A DNA stretch of 60,965 nucleotides, the filler included, from Squatina squatina (lineage: Eukaryota), in NCBI GenBank assembly GCA_031763465.1. It is 3 parts of 3 records of this genome, joined end to end, with 100 filler letters (N's around TTAATTAATTAA, not from the genome) between each part and the next. Parts side by side here need not be neighbours in the genome. Positions count along the whole stretch, not along the records: positions 29,429 to 45,920 come from JARFOE010000192.1; positions 46,021 to 60,965 come from JARFOE010000004.1; 1 more part is not named here. One strand, written 5' to 3'. Shown here piece by piece: positions 38,601 through 51,797 of this stretch (its first letter is position 1; every line of letters begins with the position of its first letter). Below the pieces are notes generated by a model that ran no database searches, was not told the origin of the DNA, and saw only the letters and a program-made list of their open reading frames with translations. The position numbers and the translations under genes were made by a program.

Positions 38601-39899
38601 TTATTCTCCACACAAGCCACCCACCCCTCTTCATATAACCCTATCAGCATATCCTTCTATTCCTTTTTCCATCATGTGCTTATCTNNNNNNNNNNNNNNN
38701 NNNNNNNNNNNNNNNNNNNNNNNNNNNNNNNNNNNNNNNNNNNNNNNNNNNNNNNNNNNNNNNNNNNNNNNNNNNNNNNNNNNNNGTTGAGTTAATCCGG
38801 CGAATGTTAATAGGGCCTGAGGGAATAAAATAATAACATGAATTATCTGTTTGCAAACCCTAATCGTCTGCATAACATGTAATTAACAATTCAGACCATC
38901 CTTTCAAGCAACATTGAAAATATGTACAGCATTTCAAAAGGAACCGATAATTTGTGTCAGAAATTTTAATTGCAGTTATTTTCTATTTTCTCTGTTTGTA
39001 AAAAGCACATTTGTTAGCGCCACTCCATAATTAGCTGACAGGAGTTATACTTCCTTCCAGTTTTTTTTTCCTTCTTACTGCCTCCCAAGATAGAGCCATG
39101 CTGCCATGCATCGCTTCTCAGAATTGAGAACTGGTAAATCACACCCATTGAGTTCAACTTAGTTTTAATGACAATTTTCAGAGCAGCTTTAGTTCTTGGC
39201 CTAGAAATTGGTGCATTTTTGGCAGCTGCTCGAACTACTAAGTGTACGCACATTTCTGGCTGGAAGAGTGCTGCCCACCATCTTGGGTAAGGACAAACAT
39301 GAGGCATCCTTTATCCACACCTTAAGCAAGGCTTGATGGGTGGTGACATTTCCTGGGCCCCAGACCACAGAAGTTAGCTTGTGAGAAAATAAATCTTTAG
39401 AAATCAGGCCACAAAAATCCACAATCTCATCTCCTCCACCATTTCACTCCGAGCGGCGTGTGAATTCGAACAGCACTTGGAAATTTGCAGCTGACCTGTT
39501 AGTAATTGAGTGTCTGAGAGCCTTTCACCGACCACATGCATTTTTACCCTATTTTAGCTTATCACAATATTGGCCGTTGGAGTTGAATTATTATACTGCG
39601 CGTTATCACCACTTTGTGTTTGCAAAAAGGCAATGAATAAACTCAATGCCCTGTTGTTCCAAAAATTGTACAATTCAATTTAAGCAATTTAATTTGGTTC
39701 AGCAACCAGCTTGTGTTATAGTTTTCTTAAACAGCACCTTTCAATTTTAATAACAGAAGCCTTCTTCCCAATCTCTGATGCTGAAGTCGAGTCACCTTTG
39801 GACTCTTTTTTAATGGTCATCAGCTCAAACTGATCCATTGTATACAAGTTGGCAGTGAACTGGATTTTTGCATAACTGCCTGGAGCACTCGATGCCCAC

Positions 39900-40282
39900 T
39901 CCAGAGACTTGAGCACAAAATTCTAGGCTAACAGTGGAGTGCGGAGGGAGTGCTGCACTGCTGGGAGTGCCGTCTTTCCGGTGAGACGTTAAACCGAGGT
40001 CTGCTCCCTCAGGTGGGCATAAAAGATCCCACGGCACTATTTCGAAGAAGAGCAAGGGGAGTTATCCCTGTCGTTCTGGCCAATAATTATCCCTCAACCA
40101 ACATCACTAAAACAGATGATCTGGTCATTATCACATTGCCGGTTGTGGGAGCTTGCTGTGTGCAAACTGCCTGCTGCTTTTCCTACATTACAACAATAAC
40201 TGCACTTCATAAATACTTCATTGGCTGTAAAGCACTTTGGAACGTCCTGAAGTTAAGAATGGCGGTATATAAATGCAAGTCT
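39900..40282 (+). mobile_element. SacSINE1-like SINE, 5'-truncated
   Basis: gagacgttaaaccgagg...aaaagatcccacggcactatttcgaagaagagc...tatataaatgcaagtc. Confidence 0.88.
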
Positions 40283-40976
40283 ATATGTTGTACATATTGA
40301 ATAATTTTTTATAAAAGAAGAATAATTGGTCATATTGTGGCCATGCTGCATAACATATGAATTACTGGGGTTCGTTTTGCAGATACTGGTTATGCTTGAC
40401 TTAATCCAAAATAATTGATGGGAGCTACAGTTAAATTTTTGTTAAATTGCCAAAAAGTTACCAAGTTAAATTCTCCCCCACTGTGGCCCAGGGTACGGAA
40501 TATTGATTAGGCTGCAGAGCCTGTGCAGTGTTTGCTTCAGTTTTGTTAATGGGCTATATTAGTCACAGCTTACTAAAAGATTGAGCCTTCCTGTTCTGCT
40601 CATCTGTCATGTCATTTATGGTCATGCACAAAGGCATCATAATGCATTGCACTCACTCCTCCTCACCAGGAGCTACTTATATTGTGTGGTAGACTGATTA
40701 TATCAGGATAATTGCAGAGAAAAAGAGGTTGTGGGGTGGGGGCGGGGGAGCTGCTGGTGGTGATTTCAGATGTGCTTATCAAAGGAGCTGGGAAGTTAAA
40801 ATACTTAGAATATTTATGAACCTATCCTGGTTTAAACTTTGATCATTGATGCTCTTTGGAGGCTTGTTGTTTGCAGNNNNNNNNNNNNNNNNNNNNNNNN
40901 NNNNNNNNNNNNNNNNNNNNNNNNNNNNNNNNNNNNNNNNNNNNNNNNNNNNNNNNNNNNNNNNNNNNNNNNNNNN

Positions 40977-41252
40977 CAATGTGTTTGTGTCGGTGCCTTC
41001 TAGTCAAGATACGAGTTACGACATTAATGACTTTGTCTATACGGTGGCGCTGCTGCTGTGTAGGTGATGCCCAAGCCGGCAGACAGTATGGGAGGTGTGG
41101 GACGACAAGCGACAATGAGATGCACCAATATTTTCCGCGGAAGTGTCTCCGAGTTTGCTAATCGTTAGAAGGCTACTGTATCTACGCTTCGTCACGTTAC
41201 TGACCTGCCGCTGCATGTTCAGTTCCGGGTCCAGAAGCACGCCAAGAATAAC
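40977..41252 (-). mobile_element. L2/Crack/Daphne-type LINE RT C-terminal fragment, frameshifted, CpG-rich
   Basis: ILGVLLDPELNMQRQVSNVTKR..SSLLTISKL / PRKILVHLI / SLVVPHLPYCLPAWA...IDKVIN...RILTRRHRHKHI; LGV..D..L and PHL.YC...W motifs. Confidence 0.8.
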
Positions 41253-42374
41253 TCAAAAACGGATGGCGCTAACGACGCAAAACTTGGCATACCTTCTGGT
41301 AATCAATCTTACATCTTGTGAGAAAAAGTGAAGCGGTCCGGTGATTTTTTAAATACATCGATAAATGTGACGTCACTACATCCCAATTTCGGTCGAAAAG
41401 TGTAAAATGATAACATGTGCCATAAATCCAGTTTTGAAGCTATTAAGTAGGAAAAAATAAGAGATGAGTATTTTGAAAGTATTTGAAAGCACAATAATAG
41501 TCATAATTCTCTGTTTTCAAATGGGAAATTACTTACTATCATCAAAGTAAATGTCCCAAAGCAGTTACTTAAGTGATTAGTAATAGGTGTCTCAGTTACT
41601 CCCCGAGCACCCACATCCTTTGCCCATAATTGCATTTGAACTTCTTTTCCACTGCACTTCATTTGGCAGAACTCCACAGCACGTAATAAAAGACACTGCG
41701 AGATATACATCTTATTCCCTGTTAAGGACAGTTTAATGAAATTATGTTTCCCAAAGTAACATTTCAGGAAATTAACATGACAAATTGTCATCTCGCAGAT
41801 TAGTTAATGAATGCTGTTAGGAGAAATTAATGTTCCCAGAGTTGTGGTATTTTATTCACATTTTTCACAAAGTCTATTGTTATATCACCTGGTAAATGAA
41901 AGCTTTTGTTCAGTCCTAAAGCAGGATGGTCTTGTTAACATAACTGAATTTTCAGAATCCAGTGTATATTGGGTCAGAAATGTTCCAGTTTTTTGTCTTT
42001 GTGGGCTGCTTCGGGGCACACCATGGAATCTGCAGGTCAAGGTTGAAGTCATTATTCCCACTAAATTGCATATATCTCAAGCTGTGGAATCTAGCAGGTC
42101 TTGGAGTTCAGATTTGGGGGCTAGAAATTCGTGAATGCTGTGCTGGAAACGCAGCAGCACGGAATAGCGCCCCAATAGTCCCTGGCGTTACTAGTGCCCG
42201 GGTGCTGGAAAATTGGTTGATGTTTGTGTGATTTCCAGGCATGGCGCTGTTGCAGGCACTGACAGCTGCATAGANNNNNNNNNNNNNNNNNNNNNNNNNN
42301 NNNNNNNNNNNNNNNNNNNNNNNNNNNNNNNNNNNNNNNNNNNNNNNNNNNNNNNNNNNNNNNNNNNNNNNNNN

Positions 42375-42537
42375 TGAGATAGATAGATTTCTGATCAGTA
42401 AGGGAATCAAGGGTTATGGGGAAAGGGCAGGAATGTGGACTTGAGGAATGTTGGACCTGCCATGATCCAATCGAATGGCAGAGCAGGCTCGAGGGGCCGA
42501 ATGGCCTACTCCTGTTCCTACTTGTTTTGGTCTTATG
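42375..42537 (+). mobile_element. CR1 LINE 3' end
   Basis: gagatagatagatttctgatcagtaagggaatcaagggttatggg...ggctcgaggggccgaatggcctactcctg. Confidence 0.85.
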
Positions 42538-42544
42538 CTGTTAA

Positions 42545-42815
42545 GGTGGATACGGGTGTATGAACCTCACTCTAACACAAATGCCGGAACCTTACCAGCC
42601 CTGTAAGTGCGGGTTCGAAGGCGGGCCCGCTGTCAAAAAGACCATGATTGACAGCGGGGAGGGATCCGGCTCTGAACCCGCCTCCTTGTCAGTTTCCAAA
42701 GTGCCAGGTCTGGCTGCAGTTCACAGACCTGACACCAAGCGGCGGGCCAGCCAATTAACATAATTAAGAGGTACTTTAAGGGTATTTTAAAAACATTTTA
42801 CCAGCTGCTTACCAT
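42545..42815 (+). repeat. Dispersed repeat (probable DNA-element arm); inverted copy at 54100-54392
   Basis: gtttccaaagtgccaggtctggctgcagttcacagacctgacaccaagcggcgggcc is near-identical to the reverse complement of about 54180-54238. Confidence 0.85.
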
Positions 42816-45800
42816 TTCTATTGATTCTACATTTCTGGATTGAAACAATAACACTCATCACTCTGCATCATTAAAAAGTAGAGAAAATTAGCCAGTCACA
42901 ATCTATATATCACAGGCAGCACTGAGTGCTAAGAGCAGAAGAAACCACATTTGGATTTTTCCGCAGGTTCTCAATTTGTTCACTCAGTGTCATACAGTTT
43001 ATTTGTCTTGGATTCCCCCTGTCAAACTCTTTAACTGACATCATGCTGAAATCTGCAGTAACACTGGAGATAGTGGGAGCATTTTCCAACTTCCTTTCAG
43101 CAACACAAGGTCAGTCAGAGTATTAGGAGGGCAGCTCAGGGTCAGAATAATGCAGTAGGAGTACAGGGGGTGGAGTTAGGTTAGCATATTGTTCCAGAGC
43201 TGAGGGCCTTTTTCAAAGCTGATCCATCTTCATCCTTGTAATAAGGTTCCCCCTCACCTCTTTAAAGTGTTGCTATGTAACACATTGGCAATTGCAAGCA
43301 AATTTTTTGGTGCAGTCATTTAAGTGGCATTTGTATTGTTCTCAGCTGTGTAATTGGTAATCATGAGGTGCAATAAAACCGCTTGGGCATTTAACAGGCT
43401 GCACGGATATTGAAAAGGATCTATTTTGTAGTTTGTCGTTTGTGTGTAGAGGCTGCTACTTTCACCCTCACATGAACCAGGATTTATTATGGAAAAACAC
43501 TAACAACTCAGTTCTCTTTCAACCTCTCAGTGAGAGCAAACAAGAGAAAAAAAAATGGGAGGGGGTGAAGAAATCAAAACAAAGTAGATTTAATGGTCCA
43601 TTAAATATTGTCCCTGGTCCTTTTGTCTATACATTAGTGAAAAGCTGAGGAGAAAAATGATGGAGGGAGAAAAAAAGAGAAACACCATTAATATTAAGTT
43701 GTAAATCCTACAAAACATTAACTTCATTACTTGCAAATTACCGTCTGCACTTTTCAGGGAAGGAAATTCTACTCCCTCATCAGTCAGTGATCCAACAAGG
43801 CTCAGCAGAAATTGTTAGGTAGNNNNNNNNNNTAACACCGACAAACGAACGAGTTTACAGCGCGGTGTTTTCAATGGGCAGCTTTGCAATAATTGATCAT
43901 TTGTTCTGGCATATTAAGGTAATAGCTGCTTAGGATGAAAAAAGACATGCAGTAGCTCTGTGTAGGCTGCTGATAGTTGGAGGATTTTGCTGAAATAGTT
44001 ACTTTTGATGCCCTTTTAACCTCATACCTTTTTTTCTGTGAGCACCAGTAGAAAAACACAGAAATTATTTTGCTTTTGTGTAAATGTGACAGAAAAAGTG
44101 TTCCCTATCCAAGGTATGATGTATAATAAAGTTGAATTTGGATTAGAGTCCCATGAGGCTGCTTTTACTTTCTTCAAAAAATACAGTTTTGACAATGTAA
44201 TCTCAGAAGGATTACTTTTTTAAACCTGCAGACATTATTTTTTCTCACCTCCATGGGTTCCCCTGATAACCTAGTCAATAAAGGTAATGCCTGATGCAGG
44301 ACTAAATCAGACAGACTAGTAGGCCCCAGATTCAATTCCTGGTTTGTATTGAGTTAGTTGATCGCAGCTGAGACTGCAAATGGGCTGCTGCAATTTCTTT
44401 GAGGAAGAAGAAAATCAGCTCTGATTTCTGGTCCTGATTACTGTCCACTGACCACCGCTAGAAAGTATATGTGCGAAAGTTAGAAAAGGACATGATCAGC
44501 TTTTCCCATGATGCTCCCCACAGCTGCTCACAGTCACTTCCTCAGCCCACACATCAACAGCCACTTGGCTAAGGTACCACAGGTGAGATGCTTTGCACAA
44601 TCTGAGGTAAGCACCAAGAACAGGCTGTGTATTTCACACAGCAAGTGGGTGTTTCACTCTGGGCAGCTTTAGAAACCAACTAGCAACTTCTTCCAAAATT
44701 CTTGATGCTCATGGGCACCTGTCAAGAATTTAAAAAAATAGAATAAGGGAACATAAATATAGGTCAGTTAAGCTGAAAAAAAACTGTCAATCAAGAATAT
44801 TTATAAACAAAACCCACAAGGTGCTAATATTTACATTGAAAAGCTTGGCACCTCCCTTTGGTACCTGACCAGATTTCCTCCAGAGTAAAACCCATTTTCA
44901 GTTGGTACAGAGTAGATGACACAGGGAAATGGGACAAGGAGGCCTCCTGTCAAATCTCCATTGTTGAANNNNNNNNNNNNNNNNNNNNNNNNNNNNNNNN
45001 NNNNNNNNNNNNNNNNNNNNNNNNNNNNNNNNNNNNNNNNNNNNNNNNNNNNNNNNNNNNNNNNNNNNAACAAATCAGCAATAAAAGAGCCAAGTGACTT
45101 AAAAGAGGACACTTTAACAAATGACATTTAGCAAGATTAAAAATTGCATTCTACATAAAAAGCCTTTAAGGGCTGGAGGATTGTATTTATTTTTTATCCT
45201 GAAGCATAAATATTCTTTCTATGTAAAAGAACTAATGTGTGGAATCATTGTAGTAAAATATTACAGGAAAAATGAGATCACACAGATAATAATTAGATAT
45301 AGATAGGTACATTTATTGTAAGGAATTGACAGTCCGAAGGATGAATTACATCCATAAATTACAGAAATATTTAATAAAATACAAGCATTTCAGACTATTT
45401 AATGCTATTACTACATTTAATACATTTAAATGCTATATTTTCATAAAAAATGGATTGGAATAAGTGCTTCTGATACCTTGATAGTCAGTCAGTCCTATGG
45501 AGCTATTTGCAAAGTAATATATTTTGACTATCTTTTTCCTTCTTTCATTTTTCTTTACATTAATATGTTTGAGTGAATTTTGTTCCTACTCATCAAACAT
45601 TGAGATGTTAGTTCATTCTTGCACAAATGACCATAGTATACTTCTCCATTTTTGTTTCTCAGTGTGAGTATCAAGCATTCCCAGGTCAGGAGTACTAAGG
45701 TCAGATAGAGAGTGAAGCTCACTTTACTGAACCATATTTTCTTCTATTCGCTATTTTAACAAAGAAGTGACATGAGTAAAAAGTGGTGTGATGAGAGAAA

Positions 45801-45920
45801 GAACTGGGGGACATAATCTTAACATTAGTGTTCGGGCATTCAGGAGCAAATCAGGTTATACTATGTCAGGTAGTGGAAATTTGGAACTCACTTCCCCCAA
45901 CAGGCTGTAGGTTCTGGGTC

Positions 45921-46020
45921 NNNNNNNNNNNNNNNNNNNNNNNNNNNNNNNNNNNNNNNNNNNNTTAATTAATTAANNNNNNNNNNNNNNNNNNNNNNNN
46001 NNNNNNNNNNNNNNNNNNNN
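45921..46020. other. Artificial scaffold linker (44N-TTAATTAATTAA-44N)
   Basis: Same construct as 29329-29428; 12-mer at 45965-45976. Confidence 0.97.
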
Positions 46021-46159
46021 ACTTCAGTCCCATGGCCATTCCGTACAGCATGTACAGCCAATTATTTCCTGCGATCCTGGCCCTCAGATGCCAGTTAGAA
46101 TAGGTGATAGAAAGGCATGTTTAAGCCCCCACTGGAAGCACAGTGTTAGGAAAGAGTAG

Positions 46160-46453
<294 letters not shown>

Positions 46454-48222
46454 TGATACATTTTACTTCAAGATATTGTATTAAAGGTGCTGTGGGATTT
46501 ATTTTATGCAATTTAAGAAGGTATACATATTTAAAGTTCTCTCATTCATCTTTGAGGCACTTTCCATATTAAATTAATTGGGGAATCAATTCCCTAATTA
46601 TTTTGGAATTTAAATCATTTTATAAAAAAGCTATATAAATTAAAATGTACCGTCAGGAGGAACGAGAAGACATTAAAAAATCAGCAGATTTGATTTTAAT
46701 TCGACGGAATTGTGCACAAGTATTAAAATTTCTTGATCACCGTGAAACCTTCATGTTGCTAGAACTCTACAGAGGAGAAGAGTGTTAAAAAGCATGGGGC
46801 ACAGAAAAGCTATTTGGCCCATCTGGCCCACTTCTTCCAAAGAATGAGAAACAATGTCCCAGACTTTCCCCGACTCTGCTTCACCCAGCAATGTACTTGA
46901 TCACTTTAGAGTGGTGATTCCAAGAAGAATCATCTTCCTCAGGTTCCTGCACTGAGTGTCACTTTCTGGGATCTTGCTGTGCGCACATTGGTTGCCACGT
47001 TTCTCTACATTACAGAATGACGACACTTTAAAAGTAATTTATTGGGTGCGAAGCCATTTGGGCTTTCCTGAGGACATGAAAAGAGCTATATAAATGCAAG
47101 TTTTTTCTTTCCTGAATGTAATGAAGTGAAAGCTTCAGAATTTAATATTGTGGCCATTTCATCGATGGCATTCCCACTATCAACAAGTGAAACCAGAGTT
47201 CTCCGCAGAAATTTGACCATTTCTACCCTTACTCATCTCTATCCTCTTCAGTTCCTCCCAGCCAGTCCGACATTCAAGATTTGAATTGGGTTTGACCAGT
47301 GATTAAGACTCCTCGATTATTTGTCTTCTTGGGCTCAGCGCTCCTGTGCCTGTGCTGCNNNNNNNNNNNNNNNNNNNNNNNNNNNNNNNNNNNNNNNNNN
47401 NNNNNNNNNNNNNNNNNNNNNNNNNNNNNNNNNNNNNNNNNNNNNNNNNNNNNNNNNNNNNNNNNNNNNNNNNNNNNNNNNNNNNNNNNNNNNNNNNNNN
47501 NNNNNNNNNNNNNNNNNNNNNNNNNNNNNNNNNNNNNNNNNNNNNNNNNNNNNNNNNNNNNNNNNNNNNNNNNNNNNNNNNNNNNNNNNNNNNNNNNNNN
47601 NNNNNNNNNNNNNNNNNNNNNNNNNNNNNNNNNNNNNNNNNNNNNNNNNNNNNNNNNNNNNNNNNNNNNNNNNNNNNNNNNNNNNNNNNNNNNNNNNNNN
47701 NNNNNNNNNNNNNNNNNNNNNNNNNNNNNNNNNNNNNNNNNNNNNNNNNNNNNNNNNNNNNNNNNNNNNNNNNNNNNNNNNNNNNNNNNNNNNNNNNNNN
47801 NNNNNNNNNNNNNNNNNNNNNNNNNNNNNNNNNNNNNNNNNNNNNNNNNNNNNNNNNNNNNNNNNNNNNNNNNNNNNNNNNNNNNNNNNNNNNNNNNNNN
47901 NNNNNNNNNNNNNNNNNNNNNNNNNNNNNNNNNNNNNNNNNNNNNNNNNNNNNNNNNNNNNNNNNNNNNNNNNNNNNNNNNNNNNNNNNNNNNNNNNNNN
48001 NNNNNNNNNNNNNNNNNNNNNNNNNNNNNNNNNNNNNNNNNNNNNNNNNNNNNNNNNNNNNNNNNNNNNNNNNNNNNNNNNNNNNNNNNNNNNNNNNNNN
48101 NNNNNNNNNNNNNNNNNNNNNNNNNNNNNNNNNNNNNNNNNNNNNNNNNNNNNNNNNNNNNNNNNNNNNNNNNNNNNNNNNNNNNNNNNNNNNNNNNNNN
48201 NNNNNNNNNNNNNNNNNNNNNN

Positions 48223-48276
48223 ATGTCTGATGGATGGGAAACAGCCAGGAGATTGGACAGACCAGCAGTCTTAAAG
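48223..48276 (+). CDS. ALLC: Allantoicase exon, 3' part (5' part in gap)
   Basis: MSDGWETARRLDRPAVLK|gtagga; DGWETxR allantoicase signature. Confidence 0.95.
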
Positions 48277-48415
48277 GTAGGAAACCAATGGTCCATCTAA
48301 TGATGTTCAGTTTTGCAGCTCACTCTGTTTCACATATACGCTGCTGATTTTTCCAATCTCTTGTTTCCAAACATGATGGCGACTGATTTTGGCTATTTGT
48401 ACTTTATCTTTCTAG

Positions 48416-48550
<135 letters not shown>

Positions 48551-49630
48551 TAGAGAGAAATTGGCAGACTATGTTTTATGCTATTTTATTACATAAAAAC
48601 CTTGAAATCAAGATCTTTGAATGTTCAAATGCTTAATGCAGTTACATGATATTCCTTTATCTGTTCTTTTAATGGAAGCACTAACCCATTTATTCAAAAT
48701 CTTTGTGCCTTCTTTACTATTGGTGACAAAGGAATTTGATATAATTGAGAAATATTTGTTCCCTTATTTTCATAGAACCGAATTTCAAGGCAAACTAAAG
48801 CAAGAAAGAACTTGCATTTATATAGTGCCCTTCACGGTTTCTGNNNNNNNNNNNNNNNNNNNNNNNNNNNNNNNNNNNNNNNNNNNNNNNNNNNNNNNNN
48901 NNNNNNNNNNNNNNNNNNNNNNNNNNNNNNNNNNNNNNNNNNNAACAAGTTAATCTTCAAATAATCGTTCCCCCTTGTAATTAAGGATAGGGAGCTGAAA
49001 AATAAATGTAGATTTCCTTTGTTAGGTCAACTATTGGGTTAATTCTTTACCGATAGTAAATAAGTGGGAATTTAAATGCTTTGTCTGTACCTAACAGTAG
49101 AAGTATAATCAACAACTATTTAATTCCTATAACTCAAGTCTTTGTACCCTTCAGCTATGTCCTTTCACCTTCCTTAAAGAGCAAGACTCAGCTCACTACC
49201 GCCAAGAAATGTTAAAACGTGTCTTTGATTAGCAACTCCTTTAACATTTATAGTGTGACTGCTAACTACAAATACCTGAGTAATTCTACCATAGACTGCT
49301 GGCTACTGTTCACATTCTGCAGACCCTCAGAGCTCAGGTTGCATTGATTGACTATTGCTGTTGTTACAAGGGTTAGAACTGCAATGAGAACTGCTGCCGA
49401 TGTGAGGTGCTCCTGTACTCCCCCACACATGCTACTGCTGGAGAGCATGTCCTCCTATGTCCACTCTAAGATTTGGATCACAGGTCACATACAGATTACC
49501 CAAAGGGTCATAGGCGTTATAAAATGTTTTNNNNNNNNNNNNNNNNNNNNNNNNNNNNNNNNNNNNNNNNNNNNNNNNNNNNNNNNNNNNNNNNNNNNNN
49601 NNNNNNNNNNNNNNNNNNNNNNNNNNNNNN

Positions 49631-49832
49631 TCTTTTCCAAATAGTACCATTGTACCTTTTATGTCCACCTGCGAGGGCCGACGGGGCCTCGGTTTAAGCA
49701 TCTGATTCGAAAGACGGCACCTCCGACAGTGCGCCGCTCCATGGGTACTACACTGGGAGTGTCAGCCTGGATTACGTGCTCCAGTCTCTGGAGCAGGGTT
49801 TGAACCCACGACCTTCTGACTTAGAGGCGAGG
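49631..49832 (-). mobile_element. SacSINE1-like SINE fragment
   Basis: gacggggcctcggtttaa...gaaagacggcacctccgacagtgc...ttgaacccacgaccttctgact. Confidence 0.85.
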
Positions 49833-51149
49833 CGATCCTTGGACCTCGTGGTTCCGGTGTGCGCTGCCTTCGCAGGCCCAAGTTCAGGCCCCCAAAAAAA
49901 CAAGCCCAGACCTAAAGAGGTCAGAGAGTGTGGCCTGGAGCCGAGGAACTATCTCCAGCTTTACTTCACACTGTGGATCGTGAAAGTCACGTATTACACA
50001 TTTGGTCATTGTTCTCCACACTAAGACATTTACGAGATTGAGAGGTATACTGCACCTGCATCCAGTAATCTACTAACATGCTCTTAGACATAAAAGTGAA
50101 ATGTTCAACCCTGACAAATGATAACTCATAAAACAGAGTCATGCACAGAGACAATTGGGCCAAAAAAGTAATTAATCACTTTTGAGTTGAGTTCCTTAAT
50201 TGAGGTGAATGCATGACTAGACATGGTATGAATAATGGATATATGTGAAAAATTAAGATCCATCCACAAGGATACAATGACACCAGCTGATTCAATCCAT
50301 TATAAACCTACTTGGGACAGGTAGGAGACCGATAAAAGTTAAGATGACATATGAGTGCAGTGAACTCCCAGCAGGTTTTAGCTTGTGTTTCGTTATCATC
50401 AATGATTTTCAGACTGACAGAATTTGGCATAGCCATTTGTAAAAATCTGACAACTTCTTTGGAGATCTTCATATTCATTCTGCATCATCTAAAATTCATT
50501 GCAGTGTTTCGGATATAGACTGCTGAACAATGGGATCAATAGGTGGAGTGCTATTAGTGGTGCTGGTGTGATGTTTGGACTGGCACTGCACCAGCTCACA
50601 ATCGCACATTGCAGTAGCCTGCGTTTCTTTAGGGTATCCTAATGCATCTCTGGTAGTGTACCTGCCTCCAACATGGCTGCCCCAGTATGAATACAAAGTC
50701 AAAATCTAATTTTTCTGAAGTTTGTTGTTTACAATACTAGTTATTCAGTGCAAATTAGTAACAAACAACTCATTTTGGTTGGGTTTCTGGGCTGCTGCTT
50801 TTAGCAAGTCCTGAGATATGGTTTGCAGTCAGCTATGCAAGACCCACAAACTGGTGCTGCAGACCACTGACACCAATATCAAAGTGTCTTTAAGCTGTCA
50901 GAACAAATTAAATGTGCTCTTGACTGTGTCGCTTTGTTGATTCTACACTTCAGCTGTCAATCATAATACAATTACTGAGTCAAAGTGAACAGCCAGGGAC
51001 CTTCTCANNNNNNNNNNNNNNNNNNNNNNNNNNNNNNNNNNNNNNNNNNNNNNNNNNNNNNNNNNNNNNNNNNNNNNNNNNNNNNNNNNNNNNNNNNNNN
51101 NNNNNNNAAAAACTCAGCAGGTCAGGCAGCATCTGTGGAGAGAAAAACA

Positions 51150-51185
51150 GAGTCAACGTTTCGGGTCGATGACCCTTCGTCAGGG
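51150..51185 (-). ncRNA. Minimal type I hammerhead-ribozyme core in Penelope terminus
   Basis: Minus strand CUGACGA-A-GGGUC-AUC-GACCC-GAAA-CGUU: both core boxes, perfect 5-bp helix II, palindromic ACGU helix III; helix I partner is not intact in this copy. Confidence 0.6.
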
Positions 51186-51539
51186 TCCCAGTGTTGGTGT
51201 TATTCAAAGTGCCAAGTTCATTCTCTTTGGTTAACTCCTGCAAAGTGGTTGGAACAGTCTCAAATCATTTTGGGGCAGGGTCTGGGCAAATTGCAATGGA
51301 ATAATAGAGAAGAGAAATTGAGTCTGAGTGAGAGTGAAGAAGAAGAGAAACCAGAGAGAAGGGACAAGGAGATGAGAGCAGGTGAAAAGGACTGAAAGAC
51401 TGAGAGAAAGGGAAGGGGACGGCGAGTACAGGAATGAGGGTGAGAGAAAGAACTATTGGCAAGAATGTGAAGGTGAGAACAATCCAGTGACTTAAAGTTA
51501 AGATGAGTGAGCTCTCGTTAAACAGCCCATTGAAACGTG

Positions 51540-51797
51540 TTCTTTTTGCCCTCGGCTGTGGGAAGCGATTTTGAAGCAACCAATAGAAGGAAGGAAAGTC
51601 GGAGCCTTTGCATTGTTTGCTCAGGGCCAGTGCTTCGTGTGGGTCGGAATAAATCACCGGGGGAATGGATGCTGGTGACAGCAGCTGACTCCCAACACTG
51701 AGCGGCTGCAGCAAGCCGGGAGTGGGGCTCAGGGCAGCGAGCGAGGCGGCGCACAGGCAGCACAGGGCAGCCACTGCCCTTCAATCACACGGTTCGA
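51540..51797 (+). promoter_or_regulatory. CpG-rich promoter and candidate non-coding first exon of the DCDC2-family gene
   Basis: CCAAT near 51580; GC/CpG-rich 51640-51900; strong donor GA|GTAAGT at 51797/51798; the ATG exon downstream starts at an acceptor only 3 nt before the ATG. Confidence 0.55.

Noticed and set aside
42560-42763. Shared peptide VSKVPGLAAVHRPDTKRRA with ORF 54044-54394, suggesting a gene family
   Set aside because: The similarity is nucleotide-level, from a dispersed repeat; no splice signals or domain
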